From: an uncultured Candidatus Rokubacteria bacterium
Lineage (GTDB): Bacteria; Methylomirabilota; Methylomirabilia; Rokubacteriales; CSP1-6
Reading direction: 5' to 3'
DNA: 64,000 nucleotides
Assembly (NCBI GenBank): GCA_963789955.1
Contig: CAWBMV010000037.1
Coordinates: forward strand, 416,001 to 480,000
Shown one piece after another: positions 22,512 to 34,431 of the stretch; the stretch's first letter is position 1, and each line of letters begins with the position of its first letter. Below the pieces are notes generated by a model. The model made no database searches. It was not told the origin of the DNA and worked only from the letters and a program-made list of their open reading frames with translations. The translations under genes were made by a program, and so were the position numbers.

Positions 22512-24035
22512 TTACGCGCCCGCGCCCGACGGGCGGGCTGAATCGGGTACCGGCTCGAGCGGCAGACGCGCCTGGACGCGAGTGCCTTCGCCCACGCGGC
22601 TCGACACCGTGAGCTCGCCCGCGTGCAGGTTGACGACCGAGCGCGCGATCGACATGCCGAGCCCGGTCCCGTCCGGCTTGGTCGTGAAGAACAGATCGAA
22701 GGCCCGCGACAGGGTCTCCTCCGTCATGCCGGGGCCGGTGTCCTCGATGGTCACGGTCACCGTCCCGGTCGCCGCCGAGTACGAGGTGGCCACGGTCAAC
22801 CGCCCCGCGCCCTCGAGCGCCTCGAGCGCGTTGAGGATCAGGTTCAGGAAGGCCTTCTTGAGCTCGCGGGTGTCGAGCCGGCCGTCCGGACACGACGAAT
22901 CGTACGCCGTGATGATCTCGACGCCCTCGGTCGGCCGGCGCGCCCGCGCGAGCTCCAGGCATTCGTCGAGCAGCGGATGCAGGGCCGTCGGCATGCGATG
23001 AAGCTCCGGGGGACGCCCGAACGCGGTGATCTCGGCGACGACGCTCGTCAGGTGATCGACGGTGACCGCGATCTTGCCGGCGAGGTCCTGTCCGGCCGGA
23101 TCGTCCACCTTCACCAGGTGCTGCTCGAGGTGGCGCACATAGAGTCGAAGCCCGGCCAGCGGATTCTTCACCTCGTGGGCCACCTGCGTCGCCATGCGTC
23201 CGAGCGCCGCGACCGCGCCGCTCTTGAGGCTTTCGAGGTCGTGCGTGTTGCGAATGGCGATCGCCGCCTGCGAGGAGAACAGCGCCAACAGCTCGAGATC
23301 GTCCTCGCCCGGCTCGAGCCGCGCCGCGGTCTCGATGACGAGCGCGCCGGCGGGGCCACGCTGAACAACCAGCGGCGCCGCCACGATCGTGCCGCTGTCG
23401 GCGCCCTCGGCCGCCCCCGACATCGTGATCGGCATGCCCTTGTCCATCGCCGCCGACGCCGCGGCTTCGAGCCGGTGCCAGGCCGTTGGCGGCGACCCCG
23501 CGCTCGCCATGGGAACGAGTCGGCCCTGCTCGAGCTGGAACACGACGCAGCGGTCCGCGTCGGTGGCCTCCACGGTGGCCTGGGCCACCGAGTCGAGGAC
23601 GCGGGCCATCACACCGGACGAGGCCAGCGCCTGGCCGACCGTCAGGAGCCGCTCGCGGTCGCGCGCCCACCGGCGTGTCGCGAGCGTCCGCGCGATCTTC
23701 GAGCGAAGCTCGTCGCGCACGAACGGCTTGGTGAGGTAGTCGAACGCGCCACGCCGGACCGCCTCGACCGCCGTCTGGATCGTGGCGTGCGCGGTCATGA
23801 TCAGCACCGGCAGGCGCGGCTGCCGCGCGTGGAGCCCTTCCATGAGCCGCATGCCGTCGGTCGGCTCCATGCGCAGATCGAGCAGGGCGAGATCGAAGCG
23901 GCCTGCCTCGGTCGCTTCGAGGGCACGGCGGGGATCGCTCGTGGCGATCACGTCGAAGCCCATCGCGGTGAGCCGCATCTCGAGCACTTCGAGGATCGCC
24001 GCGTCGTCGTCGACCACGAGGACCTTCTGCTTCAC
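22512..24035 (-). CDS. Hybrid sensor kinase (REC-GAF-HisKA-HATPase)
   Basis: VVDDD..LLDLRM..YLTKPF; VAHEVKNPL; NLILNALEA; DTGPG; FFTTK..GTGLG. Confidence 0.92.
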   Translation of the reverse strand: MKQKVLVVDDDAAILEVLEMRLTAMGFDVIATSDPRRALEATEAGRFDLALLDLRMEPTDGMRLMEGLHARQPRLPVLIMTAHATIQTAVEAVRRGAFDYLTKPFVRDELRSKIARTLATRRWARDRERLLTVGQALASSGVMARVLDSVAQATVEATDADRCVVFQLEQGRLVPMASAGSPPTAWHRLEAAASAAMDKGMPITMSGAAEGADSGTIVAAPLVVQRGPAGALVIETAARLEPGEDDLELLALFSSQAAIAIRNTHDLESLKSGAVAALGRMATQVAHEVKNPLAGLRLYVRHLEQHLVKVDDPAGQDLAGKIAVTVDHLTSVVAEITAFGRPPELHRMPTALHPLLDECLELARARRPTEGVEIITAYDSSCPDGRLDTRELKKAFLNLILNALEALEGAGRLTVATSYSAATGTVTVTIEDTGPGMTEETLSRAFDLFFTTKPDGTGLGMSIARSVVNLHAGELTVSSRVGEGTRVQARLPLEPVPDSARPSGAGA

Positions 24036-24042
24036 GCTGCCA

Positions 24043-24441
24043 TCACTTCCGTTTCTCGAGCTGCAAGTCGATCTGCTTGAGGCGCTCGAGGTCGGCCCGC
24101 AGCTTCTCGGCCTCCTGGCGCACTCGGGCCAGATCGCCCTCGCGCTTCGCGAGCTCGTCGCGCACGCGCGCGAGCTCCTGGGTGAGCCGCGCGATCTCGT
24201 CGCGCGTCGTCATGATCGAGGCGACGGCGTCGCGCCGCGCCCGGATCGCCTGCGAGTCGTCGGGATATTGAGCGAGGTACGCGTCGTACGTCGCGACGGC
24301 GGAGCGGTAGTCGCCGTCCGCGGTGAGGCGATCGGCCTTCGCCAGCATCGTCGACGGCGCACCGAAGGGATTCATGAGGTTCCAGGTGCTGCAGCCCGCG
24401 AGCACGAGCGGCAGCACGACGACGAGCAGGGACAGCCTCAT
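24043..24441 (-). CDS. Lipoprotein with TPR-like helix and C-terminal coiled coil (QseG/YfhG-like)
   Basis: Lipobox LAGC; C-terminus DLERLKQIDLQLEKRK. Confidence 0.7.
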   Translation of the reverse strand: MRLSLLVVVLPLVLAGCSTWNLMNPFGAPSTMLAKADRLTADGDYRSAVATYDAYLAQYPDDSQAIRARRDAVASIMTTRDEIARLTQELARVRDELAKREGDLARVRQEAEKLRADLERLKQIDLQLEKRK

Positions 24442-25871
24442 GAGCGCGGGAGGAGCACGGTGAACCGGCTCCCCTTCCCTTCCTGGGATTCGACGGTGAC
24501 GCGGCCGCCGTGTGCCTGCGCGACGCCGCGAACGATCGCCAGACCGAGACCGGTCCCGCCTCGGTCAGCGTGGGCCTGCCGGTACGGCTCGAACACGTGC
24601 GGAAGCTCGGCGGGCGGGATCCCGATGCCCGTGTCCTCGACCTGGATCTCCAGCTCCGGCCCCGTCGAAACCAGCCGCGCGACGACTCGCCCGCCGCGCT
24701 TGGTGAAGCGGATGGCGTTACCGACGAGGTTGACGACCACCTGCAGGAGCCGCGTCTCGTCGCCGAGGAGCACGAAGTCCTCGCCGACGAGCTCACGCTC
24801 GAGCGCGACGCCGGCGTGGTCGGCACTGGGCTTGAGCTCCTCCACGGCGCGCGTGACGACCGTGTCCAGATCGAGGCGTATGCGCTGGATCGGCAGGACG
24901 CCCGCCCGCAGGCGCGACACTTCGAGGATCTGGTTGACGAGTCCCAGGAGCCGATCGGAGCCGGCCGCGATGATCTCGACCAGGCGCCGCTGCTTGTCGC
25001 TGAGGGGCCCCGAGACTCGATCGCGGAGCAGGTGCGCGCCTTCGCGGATCGACGTGAGCGGCGACCGCAGCTCGTGGGAGACCGAGGCGAAGAACTCTTC
25101 CTTGGTTTCCTCCATCCGTCTGAGCTCTCGCGCCATCGAGCTGAACGAGCGCGCGAGCTGGCCGACCTCGTCCCGACCCTCGACTTCGATGGGCTCCTCG
25201 AACGAGCCCGCGGCCACGGCGGAGGTCGCGGCCGACAGCTTCTGAAGCGACTGGGTCAGACGATGCGCGATCAGCCCACTGCCGATCAGGGCGAGCCCGA
25301 CCGCGGCGCCCAGCGCCACCAGCACACCCGACCAGGTGCGCGCCTCGAGACGCGCGACCTCGGCCTGCGCCTGCAGGACGTCGGCGTGCATCGATTCGGT
25401 CAGCGCCTCCAGGCTCGCTTCGATGCGCTCGGCGAGCGACCGCGATGCGCCCTCCGAGAGGGCCGCCGCGCGCACGCGCTGGCCGCGGGCGAGCAAGGCC
25501 TGGATCTGGCCAACCGTGCCGTAGTAGCGCTCGAAGGACTCGCTGGCGTCTTCGAGAAGGCGGGTTTCCTGCGCGTTCGTCGTGTACTCGCGCAGGCGGA
25601 TCAGGCTCGCGCGCAGGCGGTCGGCCCGCTCGTTCCAGGCATTGATGAAGCGCGCGTCGTTGAGCACCAGGAACCGGGCTTCGAGCCGAACCAGCGCGGG
25701 CACCGTGTCGCGCGTCGCTGCGGCGAGGCGGAGCGCCGGAACGGTGCGGGTGGTGATCTCACGGTTGACAGAGGCGAGGCGGCCGACGGCGCGGAGGCTC
25801 AGGACGCCAACGACGCCGAGTACGACCACGACGACCGCCGACGTCAAAAATATCTTCGAGGCGAGCCGCAT
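24438..25871 (-). CDS. Membrane sensor histidine kinase (4-helix-bundle sensor, HAMP, HisKA, HATPase)
   Basis: Two TM segments, RDEVGQLA, SHELRSPL, NLVGNAIRF, DTGIG, GTGLGL; probable start MRLASKIF. Confidence 0.92.
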   Translation of the reverse strand: MRLASKIFLTSAVVVVVLGVVGVLSLRAVGRLASVNREITTRTVPALRLAAATRDTVPALVRLEARFLVLNDARFINAWNERADRLRASLIRLREYTTNAQETRLLEDASESFERYYGTVGQIQALLARGQRVRAAALSEGASRSLAERIEASLEALTESMHADVLQAQAEVARLEARTWSGVLVALGAAVGLALIGSGLIAHRLTQSLQKLSAATSAVAAGSFEEPIEVEGRDEVGQLARSFSSMARELRRMEETKEEFFASVSHELRSPLTSIREGAHLLRDRVSGPLSDKQRRLVEIIAAGSDRLLGLVNQILEVSRLRAGVLPIQRIRLDLDTVVTRAVEELKPSADHAGVALERELVGEDFVLLGDETRLLQVVVNLVGNAIRFTKRGGRVVARLVSTGPELEIQVEDTGIGIPPAELPHVFEPYRQAHADRGGTGLGLAIVRGVAQAHGGRVTVESQEGKGSRFTVLLPRS

Positions 25872-26363
25872 TCCGCCTCTCACTCTGTCCGAGATCGCAG
25901 CTTCAGCCGGCGGAGCCGCCGGAGCGAGTTGAGTCGCCGTGAGCTTCGCGATAAGCCGCCGCTGATCGTCGAAAACTTCGACGTCGACGACGAGAGTCGT
26001 ACGACCACGATGGACGATCTGGGCCTCGGCTGTCAAGGTCCCGTGATCCGAATTTCGGATAATGTTTGTCGATAGTTGAAGGGTCAGAGGAAAGAGCTCG
26101 GGGCGAAGCTCGCCCGAAGGGTTGATCTCCCACATCGCCGCGCACGTGGCCGTCTCGTCCGCGAGCGCCACGATCGCGCCGGCGTGGAAGCGGCCGGTGA
26201 GCTGCGAGAGCGTCGGTTTGTAGTCGAGCTGGGCCACGGCGCGGCCCGACCCCACCGACACGAATCGTGTTCCGTGGCTCTCGATCATCGTGCCGCGAGC
26301 CCACCCAGCGAGCCTCTTCAGGAATTCCTCGGGCGTGACGGTTCGCGGTGGCACGCGACTCAC
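25872..26363 (-). CDS. PaaI-family hotdog thioesterase; reads in frame into the kinase
   Basis: GRFHAGAIVALADET, AEAQIVHRGRTTLVVDVEV. Confidence 0.8.
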
Positions 26364-26388
26364 CTCGATGTGTGGTCGCGCCTCGGGC

Positions 26389-28205
26389 TCAGTGCGCCGC
26401 CTCGGCCGGGCGAGCTCGGTGACACCAGACGGTGAGGATCGAGATGGCGGCGGGAGTCACGCCGGGAATGCGTGAGGCCTGGCCCAGCGAGCGCGGGCGG
26501 ACCTCGGTGAGACGCTCCCGAATCTCCGTCGAGAGACCGGGCACGGCGCGGTAGTCGAGTCCGTCGGGGATCAGCCGTTGCTCGAGGCCCTTGAAGCGCG
26601 CCACGTCGTCGAGCATGCGGCGGATGTAGCCCTCGTACTTCGCGGAGACCTCGACCTGGCGCGCCACCGCGACGTCGGTGAGCGCGGCGGGATCCAGGCG
26701 GCGGACGTCGGCGTAGGTCACCTCGGGTCGCCGGAGGAGCTGGAGCAGCGGAGTGCCGCCGATCCGCGTCGACTCGAGGCGCCGAATCTCCGCCGCCGTC
26801 TGCGCGCGACGTCGCTCGACGGCCTCGAAACGCTCGCGCGAGACGAGGCCGAGGCGGTGGCCGGCGGGCGTGAGGCGCAGGTCCGCGTTGTCCTCACGGA
26901 GGAGCAGCCGATACTCCGCACGCGAGGTGAACATCCGGTACGGCTCCAGCGTGCCTTTCGTCACCAGATCGTCCACCAGCACGGCCATGTAGCACTCGGA
27001 GCGATCCGGCAGAAACGGCTCGCGCCCGAGCACCGCCGCCGCCGCGTTGGCCCCCGCCCAGAGCCCGAGCGCGGCGGCCTCCTCGTATCCGGTCGTGCCG
27101 TTGATCTGGCCGGCGAGATAGAGCCCCGGCGCCGCGCGGCATTCGAGCGTCGGCGCCAGCTGCGTCGGGTGGACGAAGTCGTACTCGATCGCGTAGCCCG
27201 GCCGCATGATCTCCGCGCGCTCGAGGCCCGGGATCGAGCGGACCAGCGCGTCCTGCGCGTCCGGCGGCAGGCTCGTCGAGATCCCGTTCGCGTACACCTC
27301 TTCGGTGTCGAGGCCGTCGGGCTCGAGGATCACCTGATGGCGGTCGCGGTCCGCGAACCGCTTCGACCTTGTCCTCGATCGATGGACAGTACCGGACGCC
27401 GGTCGCGTCGATGATCCCGGAGTAGAGCGGCGAGCGGTCGAGGTTCTGCCGGACGATCTCGTGCGTGCGCGGTGTCGTGTACGTGATGTGGCACGACACC
27501 TGACGAAGCTCGAGCCGCTCGGTCGCCCAGTGAAACGGCCACGGCTCGGCATCTCCGCACTGCTCCTCGAGCCGCGTGTAGTCGATCGTGGAGTGCCGCA
27601 GGCGCGGTGACGTGCCGGTCTTGAGCCGTCCGAGGGTGAGACCGAGATCCCGCAAGGCGTTCGAGAGATCGACCGACGCGAATTCGCCGGCCCGGCCCGC
27701 GCTGTGACGCGCGAGCCCGACGTGAATCAGCCCGCGCAGAAACGTCCCGGTGGTCACGACGACCGCCCGGGCGCCATAGCGGACGCCGATCTGGTCCTCG
27801 ACGCCGGCCACCCGGCCGCCTTCGAGGACGAAACGCACCGCCTGTCCCTGTCGCACCTCGAGGTTCGGCTCGTGCTCGATCGTCCGCTTCATCGCGCCGC
27901 GGTACCGGGCGCGGTCGCACTGGGCGCGCGACGGCCCGGACGGCGGGCCCGCGCGAGGCGTTGAGCGTCTTGAGCTGGATCGCGGCCCGGTCGGTGTTGC
28001 GGCCCATCTCCCCGCCGAGCGCGTCGATCTCGCGCACCAGATGCCCCTTCGCGGTGCCGCCGACGGCGGGGTTGCACGACATCTGGCCGATCGCGTCGAG
28101 GTTCATGGTGAGGAGGAGGGTGCGGCAACCCATGCGTGCCGACGCCAGTGCCGCCTCACACCCCGCATGGCCGGCGCCGATCACGATCACGTCAAAGAAT
28201 TGCAT
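26389..28205 (-). CDS. mnmG: tRNA U34 5-carboxymethylaminomethyl modification enzyme MnmG/GidA, two frameshifts
   Basis: [77 protein letters not shown]. Confidence 0.95.
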
Positions 28206-28265
28206 TCCGCTTAGTGATACCATAACGGCCGTCGCGTTCCAGGATTCCCCCTTATTTCTCGGAGG

Positions 28266-29317
28266 ATGGTCGTGGAGTTCGGGTTCTCGCTTCCGGGTCG
28301 CGGGCCGCTGGCCAGCATCGACGTCGTTCTGAAGCTCGCCGAGAAAGCCGACGCGCTGCGGTTCGATTCGCTGTTCGTCACCGACCACGTCGTCATGCCC
28401 GTCGCCTCGGCGCAAGTCGGTCTATCCGTACACCGCGAGCGGCCAGTTTCCCGGCGGGCTCGCGCAGGACTACCTCGAGCCGCTGGCGACCCTGGCCCAC
28501 CTCGCGCACGCGACCAAGCGGGCCCGGCTCGGCATCAGCGTGCTCGTCGTTCCGTATCGCAACCCGCTGCTCCAGGCCAAGATGCTCGCGACCATCGACG
28601 TGCTCTCCAAGGGCCGCGTCATCCTGGGCGCCGGCGTCGGCTGGCTCCGCGAGGAGTTCGAGGCGCTCGGCGCGCCGCCGTTCGAGGAGCGCGGGCGCGT
28701 GACCGAGGACTACATCAAGCTGATGCGCGCCGACGTGGACGACCGATCCGGTCAGCTACGAGGGCAAGCACTACTCGGTCCGCGACGTCCACGTGCTGCC
28801 CAAGCCGGTGCAGCGCGGCGGCATTCCCGTGTGGATCGGCGGCCACAGCGGCGCGGCCGTCCGGCGCGCCGGCACCATCGGCGACGGCTGGCATCCGATC
28901 GCGATGCGACCGCCGGCGATGCTCGGGCCCGACGAGTACGGCGCGAAGGTCAAGGAGCTCCACGACTGGGCGCGCCGGCCGGGTCGCGACCCGAAGGCGA
29001 TCACGCTCACCATTCGCGTCCCGATGGACGTGCGCGCGCGCAACGCCAAGCCCGCGACCGGCGACCGGCCGCCGTTCCAGGGCACCGCGGACGAGATCGT
29101 CGCCGATATCCGCCGCTACCAGGCGCTCGGCGTCTCGCACTTCGTCTTCGACCACACCGTGCAGGAGCTCCGCGCGGTCCTCGCGAACATGGAGCGCTTC
29201 GCGAGCGACGTGCGGCCGAAGCTCTCGCGCGCCGCCGGCGGCCGCACCGCCGCCGCGTCGTCTCGTGCCGGGTCGAAGACGCCTCCGAAGAAGAAGGCCG
29301 CGAAGCGACGCGCATGA
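28266..29317 (+). CDS. LLM-class (probably F420-dependent) oxidoreductase, two frameshifts
   Basis: [46 protein letters not shown]...P.WIGG, GDGW. Confidence 0.85.
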
Positions 29318-30457
29318 TCTCGCATCAGGACGCGTGCGCGCTCATCGACGCGCCGGCGGCGGCGCTGGACGAGCTGCTGGTCCGGGCCGGCGAGCTGCGC
29401 GACCGCGGGCGCGGGCGCACCGTGACCTTCTCGGCCAAGGTGTTCGTGCCGCTGACGACCCTGTGCCGTGACTACTGCGGCTACTGCACGTTTCGCCGCG
29501 ATCCGGGCGAGCCCGGCGCCCACACGATGGAGCCGGACGAGGTCGTGGCCCTCGCGCAGGCCGGAGCGCGACTGGGCGCCAAGGAAGCGCTGTTCTCGCT
29601 CGGCGACAAGCCGGAGGCGGCGTTCGCCAGTCATCGCGACGTTCCTGCGCCGTCACGGCCACCGCACGACACTCTCGTACCTGCGCGCGGTGTGCGCGGC
29701 GGTCCTCGCGGAGTCGTCGCTCCTGCCCCACGCCAACCCGGGGCTGATGGGCGAGCGCGATCTGGCGGCGCTGCGCGAGGTGAACGTGAGCATGGGCATC
29801 ATGCTCGAGACGGTGTCGGAGCGGCTGCTGGCGCGCGGCATGGCGCACGACCGCGCGCCGGACAAGATCCCGGCGCGGCGGCTGCGGACGATCGCGCTGG
29901 CCGGGAAGCTCGGCATCCCGTTCACGACCGGCCTCCTGATCGGCATCGGCGAGACGCGCCGCGAGCGCGTGGACACACTCGTCGCCATCCGCGACCTGCA
30001 CGAGAAGCACGGCCACATCCAGGAGGTCATCGTCCAGAACTTCCGCGCCAAGCCGCGGATCCCGATGCGCGATGCCGCCGAGCCCTCGCTCGAGGACCTC
30101 CTGTGGACGCTCGCGGTGGCGCGGCTCGTGCTCGGCCCGGACGTGAACATCCAGGCGCCGCCGAACCTCTCGCCCGACGTCTATCCCCGGCTCCTGGCGG
30201 CGGGCCTCAACGACTGGGGCGGCATCTCACCGCTGACCCTCGATCACATCAACCCAGAGAAACCGTGGCCGCTGATCCCCGAGCTCCGGCGCGCGACCGA
30301 GAGCCAGGGCTTCGTCCTGCGCGAGCGTCTCGCGATCTATCCGGAGTTCGCGACGCGCGCCGAGTACCTGGACGAAAGCCTGCGCGCGCGCGTCCAGGCC
30401 CAGGTCGACGAGCGCGGTCTCGTCAAGGAATCCCATGAACGCTGGCGTCGCTGGTAG
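29314..30457 (+). CDS. cofG: FO synthase subunit CofG, frameshift near 29640
   Basis: KVFVPLTTLCRDYCGYCTF radical-SAM motif, LLPHANPG, FTTGLLIGIGET, IQEVIVQNF, NDWGGISP. Confidence 0.93.
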
Positions 30458-31700
30458 CGTGCTCGGTTCGCTCGACTGGGTCTCGCGCGATCTTCGCCCG
30501 ATCCTCACCCGGGCCCTCGACGGCCACGAGGTGTCGATCGAGGACGGCATCGCGCTCACCGGCGCCGAAGGGCGCGACTTCCACGCGCTGACCCTGGTCG
30601 CCGACGAGCTGCGCCAGCGACAGGCCGGCGACGTCGTGACGTACGTCGTGAATCGCAACGTCAACTTCACGAACGTCTGCATCAAGCACTGCACCTTCTG
30701 CGCGTTCAGCCGCGACCACCGCGAGGAGGAGGGCTACTTCCTCCCGGTCGCGGAGGTCGTGCGGCGCGCCCAGGAAGCGCGCGACCTCGGCGCCACCGAG
30801 GTGTGCATCCAGGCGGGGCTGCCGCCGAAGCTCGACGGGCGCTACTACATCGACCTCGCGCGCGCGATCACGACGGCGCTGCCGGAGCTGCACATCCACG
30901 CGTTCTCGCCGGAGGAAGTGCTGTACGGCTCGGTACGCTCCGGGCTGCCGATCCGCGAGTACCTGAGCGAGCTCAAGGCCGCGGGGCTCGGCACCCTGCC
31001 CGGCACGTCGGCGGAGATCCTCGACCAGGCGATCCGCGACGTCATCGCGCGCGGCCGGATCACCGTCGAGCAGTGGGTCGACGTGATCACGACCGCGCAC
31101 GCGCTCGGCATCCGGACGACCTCCACGATCATGTACGGCCACGTGGAGACGCCGGCTCACTGGATCCGTCACATGGCGCTGCTGCGCTCGATCCAGAAGG
31201 ACACCGGCGGCTTCACCGAGTTCGTGCCGCTCTCGCTCATCCACTCGGAAGCGCCGATGTACTCGAAGGGGCTCGTCCCCGGCGTGCGGCCCGGCGCCAC
31301 CGGCGCCGAGGTCATCAAGATGCACGCGCTCGCCCGCCTGATGCTCGGCGCGACGTTCCGCAACATCCAGTCCTCCTGGGTCAAGGAAGGACCGAAGCTC
31401 GCCCAGCTGCTGCTCGGCGCGGGCGCCAACGACCTCGGCGGCACCCTGATCAACGAGTCGATCTCCACGTCGGCCGGCGCGCAGTACGGTCAGCTCGTCG
31501 GGCCCGCCGAGCTGCATCGACTGATCCGCGACGTCGGGCGCGTGCCCGCGCAGCGCGACACGCTGTACGGGCTCATTCGAACCTATAGAGACGGCGAAAA
31601 CCCCGATTCACCCCTGGACAAGGTCGACGACGCGGAGGCGCGCTTCGGCTCGTATCGCCGATTGATCGCTTCGGGAGAGTTCCGCTTCACGCGCGGCTAG
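30435..31700 (+). CDS. cofH: FO synthase subunit CofH
   Basis: VTYVVNRNVNFTNVC...C.FCAF, PGTSAEIL, TGGFTEFVPL, NIQSSWVKEG, GANDLGGTLINESIS. Confidence 0.93.
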   Translation: MNAGVAGSVLGSLDWVSRDLRPILTRALDGHEVSIEDGIALTGAEGRDFHALTLVADELRQRQAGDVVTYVVNRNVNFTNVCIKHCTFCAFSRDHREEEGYFLPVAEVVRRAQEARDLGATEVCIQAGLPPKLDGRYYIDLARAITTALPELHIHAFSPEEVLYGSVRSGLPIREYLSELKAAGLGTLPGTSAEILDQAIRDVIARGRITVEQWVDVITTAHALGIRTTSTIMYGHVETPAHWIRHMALLRSIQKDTGGFTEFVPLSLIHSEAPMYSKGLVPGVRPGATGAEVIKMHALARLMLGATFRNIQSSWVKEGPKLAQLLLGAGANDLGGTLINESISTSAGAQYGQLVGPAELHRLIRDVGRVPAQRDTLYGLIRTYRDGENPDSPLDKVDDAEARFGSYRRLIASGEFRFTRG

Positions 31701-31775
31701 CCGCGCGGGTAGGCCTGTGGTAATAATGCAGTTCGCGTTCAATCACCACTATCCTCGATCGACAGGAGGTCACCT

Positions 31776-32069
31776 GTGCCGAAGACGATGACGAAGTCTG
31801 CGACGGTCGCGTACCTTGCGGAGAAGACCAGCCTCACCCGGAAGCAGATCGAGGGTATCCTCGACGAGACGCTCAACCTCGCCTCCAAGGAAGCGAAGAA
31901 GAGCGGCGTGTTCCTCCTGCCGGGCTTCGGGAAGCTGGTGCTCGCGAACCGCAAGGCACGGATCGGACGCAACCCGCAGACCGGCGAGCCGATCAAGATC
32001 CCGGCCAAGCGCGTCTGCAAGTTCCGTCTCGCCAAGAGCCTGAAGGACGCGGTGCTTGGCAAGAAGTAG
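31776..32069 (+). CDS. HU-family DNA-binding protein
   Basis: LPGFGKL, RKARIGRNPQTGEPIKIPAK; AGGAGG SD. Confidence 0.95.
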   Translation: MPKTMTKSATVAYLAEKTSLTRKQIEGILDETLNLASKEAKKSGVFLLPGFGKLVLANRKARIGRNPQTGEPIKIPAKRVCKFRLAKSLKDAVLGKK

Positions 32070-32595
32070 GACTGGACATCGCGCGGGGGGCGCTCGGCCC
32101 GCCGCTGCCCCAGCTCCCTCACTCGCGTCTGCGACCGTTCCGCGGGTCTGGCAGGGAATCGGATACCGGCCCCTGCCGGACGCCGCGATGGCCCGCCCGC
32201 TCTTCGATTTCGCCGCGGTCTCCTGGCCCCCCACCGACGACATCGCCGTCGCGTGGGGCGCCACGGATGGCGGTCAGCGTCTCATCGGCGCCGTGATCGG
32301 AGAGCGGAGCGGTCAGGCCATGCTGCTGCACGGACCCGTGGTCACTGTCGAGACCGATCCACTCGAAATCGCCTCGCAGCTCGTTGCCGCCGTCCTCGAT
32401 CACGCCGCGGCTTCCGGCGTGGTCACCATCTTCGCGCGACCGCAGAGCCTCGATCGGGTCTGGGTGCGCTTCGGCTTCATCCCGGTGCCCGAAGGCACGT
32501 TGCCTCCCGATCTCGCGGGTCGGCCCGGGAGCGGTCTCTACGCCTGGCGTGGCGGCACCGCGTTGTGGACGCTTCGCGAACACCTTCGCGACTGA
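32056..32595 (+). CDS. Hypothetical protein with degenerate GNAT-like fold; start uncertain
   Basis: LIGAV..E..G..MLLH..VV....IASQLV..VLDHA...G...IF....W.RFGF.PV resembles GNAT motifs. Confidence 0.5.
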   Translation: MARSRTGHRAGGARPAAAPAPSLASATVPRVWQGIGYRPLPDAAMARPLFDFAAVSWPPTDDIAVAWGATDGGQRLIGAVIGERSGQAMLLHGPVVTVETDPLEIASQLVAAVLDHAAASGVVTIFARPQSLDRVWVRFGFIPVPEGTLPPDLAGRPGSGLYAWRGGTALWTLREHLRD

Positions 32596-32596
32596 C

Positions 32597-33534
<938 letters not shown>

Positions 33535-33538
<4 letters not shown>

Positions 33539-34431
33539 GGAACGGCGCCGGGTCACGCCTCGTCGTCGCCGTGCCGGTCAAGGACCTGACCCACGCCAAG
33601 CAGCGGCTGATGGGCGCGCTCTCGGTCGCCGAGCGCGGCGAGCTGGCGCGGGCGATGCTGCGCGACGTGCTCCGCGCGCTCGCGGCCGCCGACCTCGACG
33701 GCGTGTGGGTCATCACGCGCGACCCCGCGGCCACGGCCATCGCGCGCGGGCTCGGCGCCGAGGCCGTCTCGGAAGCGGAGAACCGCGGCCATACGGCAGC
33801 GGTCGCGCTCGCCCAGGCCGAGGCCGTCCGCCGAGGCGCGCGCATCTTCGTGACGGTGCCGGGCGACGTGCCGTGTGTCACCGCCGACGAGCTGAGAGCG
33901 CTCGCCGACGGCGTGCGAGAGGGCGCGCCGATCTTCGTGCCCTCGCGCTCCGGTCTCGGCACCAACGGCGTCGCGCTGGCGCCGCCCGACGCGATGGCGC
34001 TGACGTTCGGCGAGCCGTCCTTCGCGCGCCACCTCGAGACGGCGCGCGCCCGCGGCCTCACGCCGCGCGTGCTCACCTTGCCGGGACTCGGGCTCGACGT
34101 CGACTCGCCGGAGGACCTCGCGACGCTCCTGGCCGAGCGCAGCGCCACCGAGACTCACCAGCTCGTCTCCGCCTGGCGCCGCGCCCCCAACCTCGTGCGC
34201 CTCCGACAGATGAACCACGCGTCGCCGGGCTCGCGTCTGTCTCAGGCCTCGCGCACCACGGGGCCCGCAAACGCCAAGCCGGACGTCGGCCGACGCGATG
34301 AATACACCGTGCGGAGCCACGCCGCTCCTATCTCAGGCCACCCTCGGTCAAGCCGGCCTCGAGGACCTCGCTACAATGACTCGCTACGAGGTGATCGGCG
34401 TCGCAGGCATCGGCGAGGTGCGGCCTGGTGA
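33535..34431 (+). CDS. cofC: Guanylyltransferase CofC (FbiD); homology ends near 34180 and the C-terminus runs through a repeat element
   Basis: VPVKDL..AKQRL, AMLRDVL, PGDVP, GTN, FG..SF.RH, LDVDSPEDL. Confidence 0.92.
34185..34378 (+). repeat. Copy of the dispersed repeat family at the cofC-cofE junction; left end approximate
   Basis: ccacggggcccgcaaacgccaagccgg...ctatctcaggccaccctcggtc..cctcgagg..cgctacaATG is the reverse complement of the 21870-22257 unit. Confidence 0.9.

Noticed and set aside
26389..28265. Replication origin near mnmG/gidA
   Set aside because: No dnaA, mnmE, rsmG or parAB, and no DnaA-box cluster or AT-rich unwinding region seen
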